A stretch of DNA of 64,000 bases from an uncultured Gammaproteobacteria bacterium (GTDB lineage Bacteria > Pseudomonadota > Gammaproteobacteria > JAURND01): the NCBI GenBank assembly GCA_963714975.1, contig CAVQQD010000003.1, positions 224,001-288,000 on the forward strand. The letters are read 5' to 3'. Below are positions 60,343-64,000 of the stretch, piece by piece. The notes under the pieces are model-generated. The model was given only the letters and a program-made list of their open reading frames with translations, ran no database searches and had not been told where the DNA came from. Position 1 is the stretch's first letter; the number at the start of each line of letters is the position of its first letter. The translations under genes and the position numbers were made by a program.

Positions 60343-60423
60343 ATCAGTTTCCCGCTTGCTGGAAATGCGGGTTGTGTAGAATCCCCTCTTGTATCTTGAG
60401 GGGGAGAAGGGATTTCGAGGTTG

Positions 60424-60672
60424 CTACCCGGGTGGGCTTTCAGATTTTTTCTTATCGAGGTTTCGGTAGATAATGCGCCCCTTACTTAAATCGTAGGGGG
60501 TCATTTCCACGGTAACCACATCACCTAAGAGAATACGAATATAATTCTTGCGCATTTTCCCTGAAATATGGGCAATGATGATGTGACCATTTTCAAGTTT
60601 AACGCGGAACATGGTATTTGGCAGTGTTTCTACCACCACTCCTTCCATTTCAATTTGTTCTTCTTTCGGCAT
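60424..60672 (-). CDS. infA: Translation initiation factor IF-1
   Basis: [27 protein letters not shown]. Confidence 0.98.
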   Translation of the reverse strand: MPKEEQIEMEGVVVETLPNTMFRVKLENGHIIIAHISGKMRKNYIRILLGDVVTVEMTPYDLSKGRIIYRNLDKKKSESPPG

Positions 60673-60694
60673 ATATAAAAGTCTCTCATTTATC

Positions 60695-62853
<2,159 letters not shown>

Positions 62854-62871
62854 GTGTTTCTCCAGGTGGAT

Positions 62872-64000
62872 CTACTGACATGCTTCACAGTCAGGATTAT
62901 CAAGCGAGCAGGCTTTAGTGGCCTCTTCCAATTTCACGGCATTTAACGCCGTGGTAGCCAAGGTTGATTTTTCCGCGTTAGTTGCGCCTAAAGTACGTAA
63001 ATAATAGCAAGTTTTTAGTCCTCGCAACCAGGCAAAACGATATAGCATATCGAGTTTCGTTCCTGAGGGCTCCGCCATGTAAAGATTTAATGACTGCGCT
63101 TGATCGACCCATTTTTGCCGACGTGATCCAGCTTCTACCAACCAACGTGGATCAATTTCAAATGCCGTGGCATAGAGATTTTTCAGTTCTTCAGGAATAC
63201 GCCGGATGCGTGAAATACTGCCATCGTAATACTTAAGATCGTTGACCATCACCTCATCCCACAAGCCCAATTTTTTCAAATCTCGGACCAAATACGGGTT
63301 AACAACAGTAAATTCTCCGGAAAGATTCGATTTTACAAATAAATTTTGATAGGTCGGATCAATCGATGGCGAAATTCCAGTGATATTAGAAATGGTGGCG
63401 GTGGGAGCAATGGCCATGGTGTTAGAATTACGCATACCCGCGCTAGTGACACGATGGCGTAGGGCTTCCCAATCTAAAGTAGAGCTGCGATCTTGCTCTA
63501 AATACTGGCCGCGTGTTGCTTGCAAGCGTTCGATTGAATCGATTGGTAAGATGCCTTGGCTCCACAAAGAGCCTTCATAAGTTTCATACACACCCCGTTC
63601 TTCAGCAAGGTCGGTGGAGGCTTGGATTGCATAATAGCTAATTAATTCGATGCTGCGATCCGCAAATTCTACAGCAGCTAAAGAAGCATAAGGAATCCGC
63701 TGATCATAGAGGGCATCGTGAAAGCCCATCAGACCTAAACCAATCGGGCGATGGCGTAAGTTGGAGCGGCGCGCTTCTGGCACGCTGTAGTAATTAATAT
63801 CAATGACATTGTCGAGCATACGGATAGCAATAGGAATGGTGCGTTTTAATTTTTCTACATCGAGACCTAAGCCATCTGCTTTCAAGTGCCTGACGAGATT
63901 GATGCTGCCTAAGTTGCAAACGGCAATTTCATCTTTCGAGGTGTTTAAGGTAATTTCAGTGCATAAATTTGAGCTATGTACGACGCCCACATGTTGTTGG
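62872..64000 (-). CDS. nrdA: Ribonucleotide reductase alpha subunit (3' part)
   Basis: SNLCTEI, CNLGS, APTAT, YYLR, C-terminal CEACQ; runs off the window end. Confidence 0.95.
   Translation of the reverse strand, partial: QQHVGVVHSSNLCTEITLNTSKDEIAVCNLGSINLVRHLKADGLGLDVEKLKRTIPIAIRMLDNVIDINYYSVPEARRSNLRHRPIGLGLMGFHDALYDQRIPYASLAAVEFADRSIELISYYAIQASTDLAEERGVYETYEGSLWSQGILPIDSIERLQATRGQYLEQDRSSTLDWEALRHRVTSAGMRNSNTMAIAPTATISNITGISPSIDPTYQNLFVKSNLSGEFTVVNPYLVRDLKKLGLWDEVMVNDLKYYDGSISRIRRIPEELKNLYATAFEIDPRWLVEAGSRRQKWVDQAQSLNLYMAEPSGTKLDMLYRFAWLRGLKTCYYLRTLGATNAEKSTLATTALNAVKLEEATKACSLDNPDCEACQ

Overview
A 64-kb chromosomal segment of a gammaproteobacterium that looks Legionellales/Coxiellaceae-like. 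The evidence is a Legionella-type MOMP/porin, PmrA-like boxes, Sel1-repeat proteins and effector-like orphans. The housekeeping backbone is lpxH, gltX, cysS, folD, rnhA, dnaQ, nhaA, pepN, rpsO, pnp, rnr, guaB, purL, hemB, radA, leuS, yccA, tRNA-Ser, gacA/uvrY, uvrC, pgsA, tRNA-Gly, zapE, infA, trxB, nrdB and partial nrdA. Four layers are superimposed on it. (1) About 20 short palindromic elements of several families. Some are translated in frame inside cysS, dnaQ, purL and probably zapE, and five show tandem amplification of the element terminus plus flank. (2) A ~205-bp MITE with GTAACTATTCACC-type terminal inverted repeats, found next to orphan genes. (3) A set of candidate Dot/Icm effectors, most with a C-terminal two-helix membrane anchor and four with identically spaced PmrA-like promoters. 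One resembles MavL/Larg1 macrodomain ADP-ribosylhydrolases and another resembles OspF/SpvC phosphothreonine lyases. (4) Four AAA-ATPase/PD-(D/E)XK paralogues, each beside an orphan, plus an IS609-like TnpB with intact catalytic residues, a right end and no visible left end. Single-base indels in rnr, purL and other genes suggest uncorrected sequencing errors, so pseudogene calls are tentative. All family assignments come from motif recognition by eye; no searches were run.
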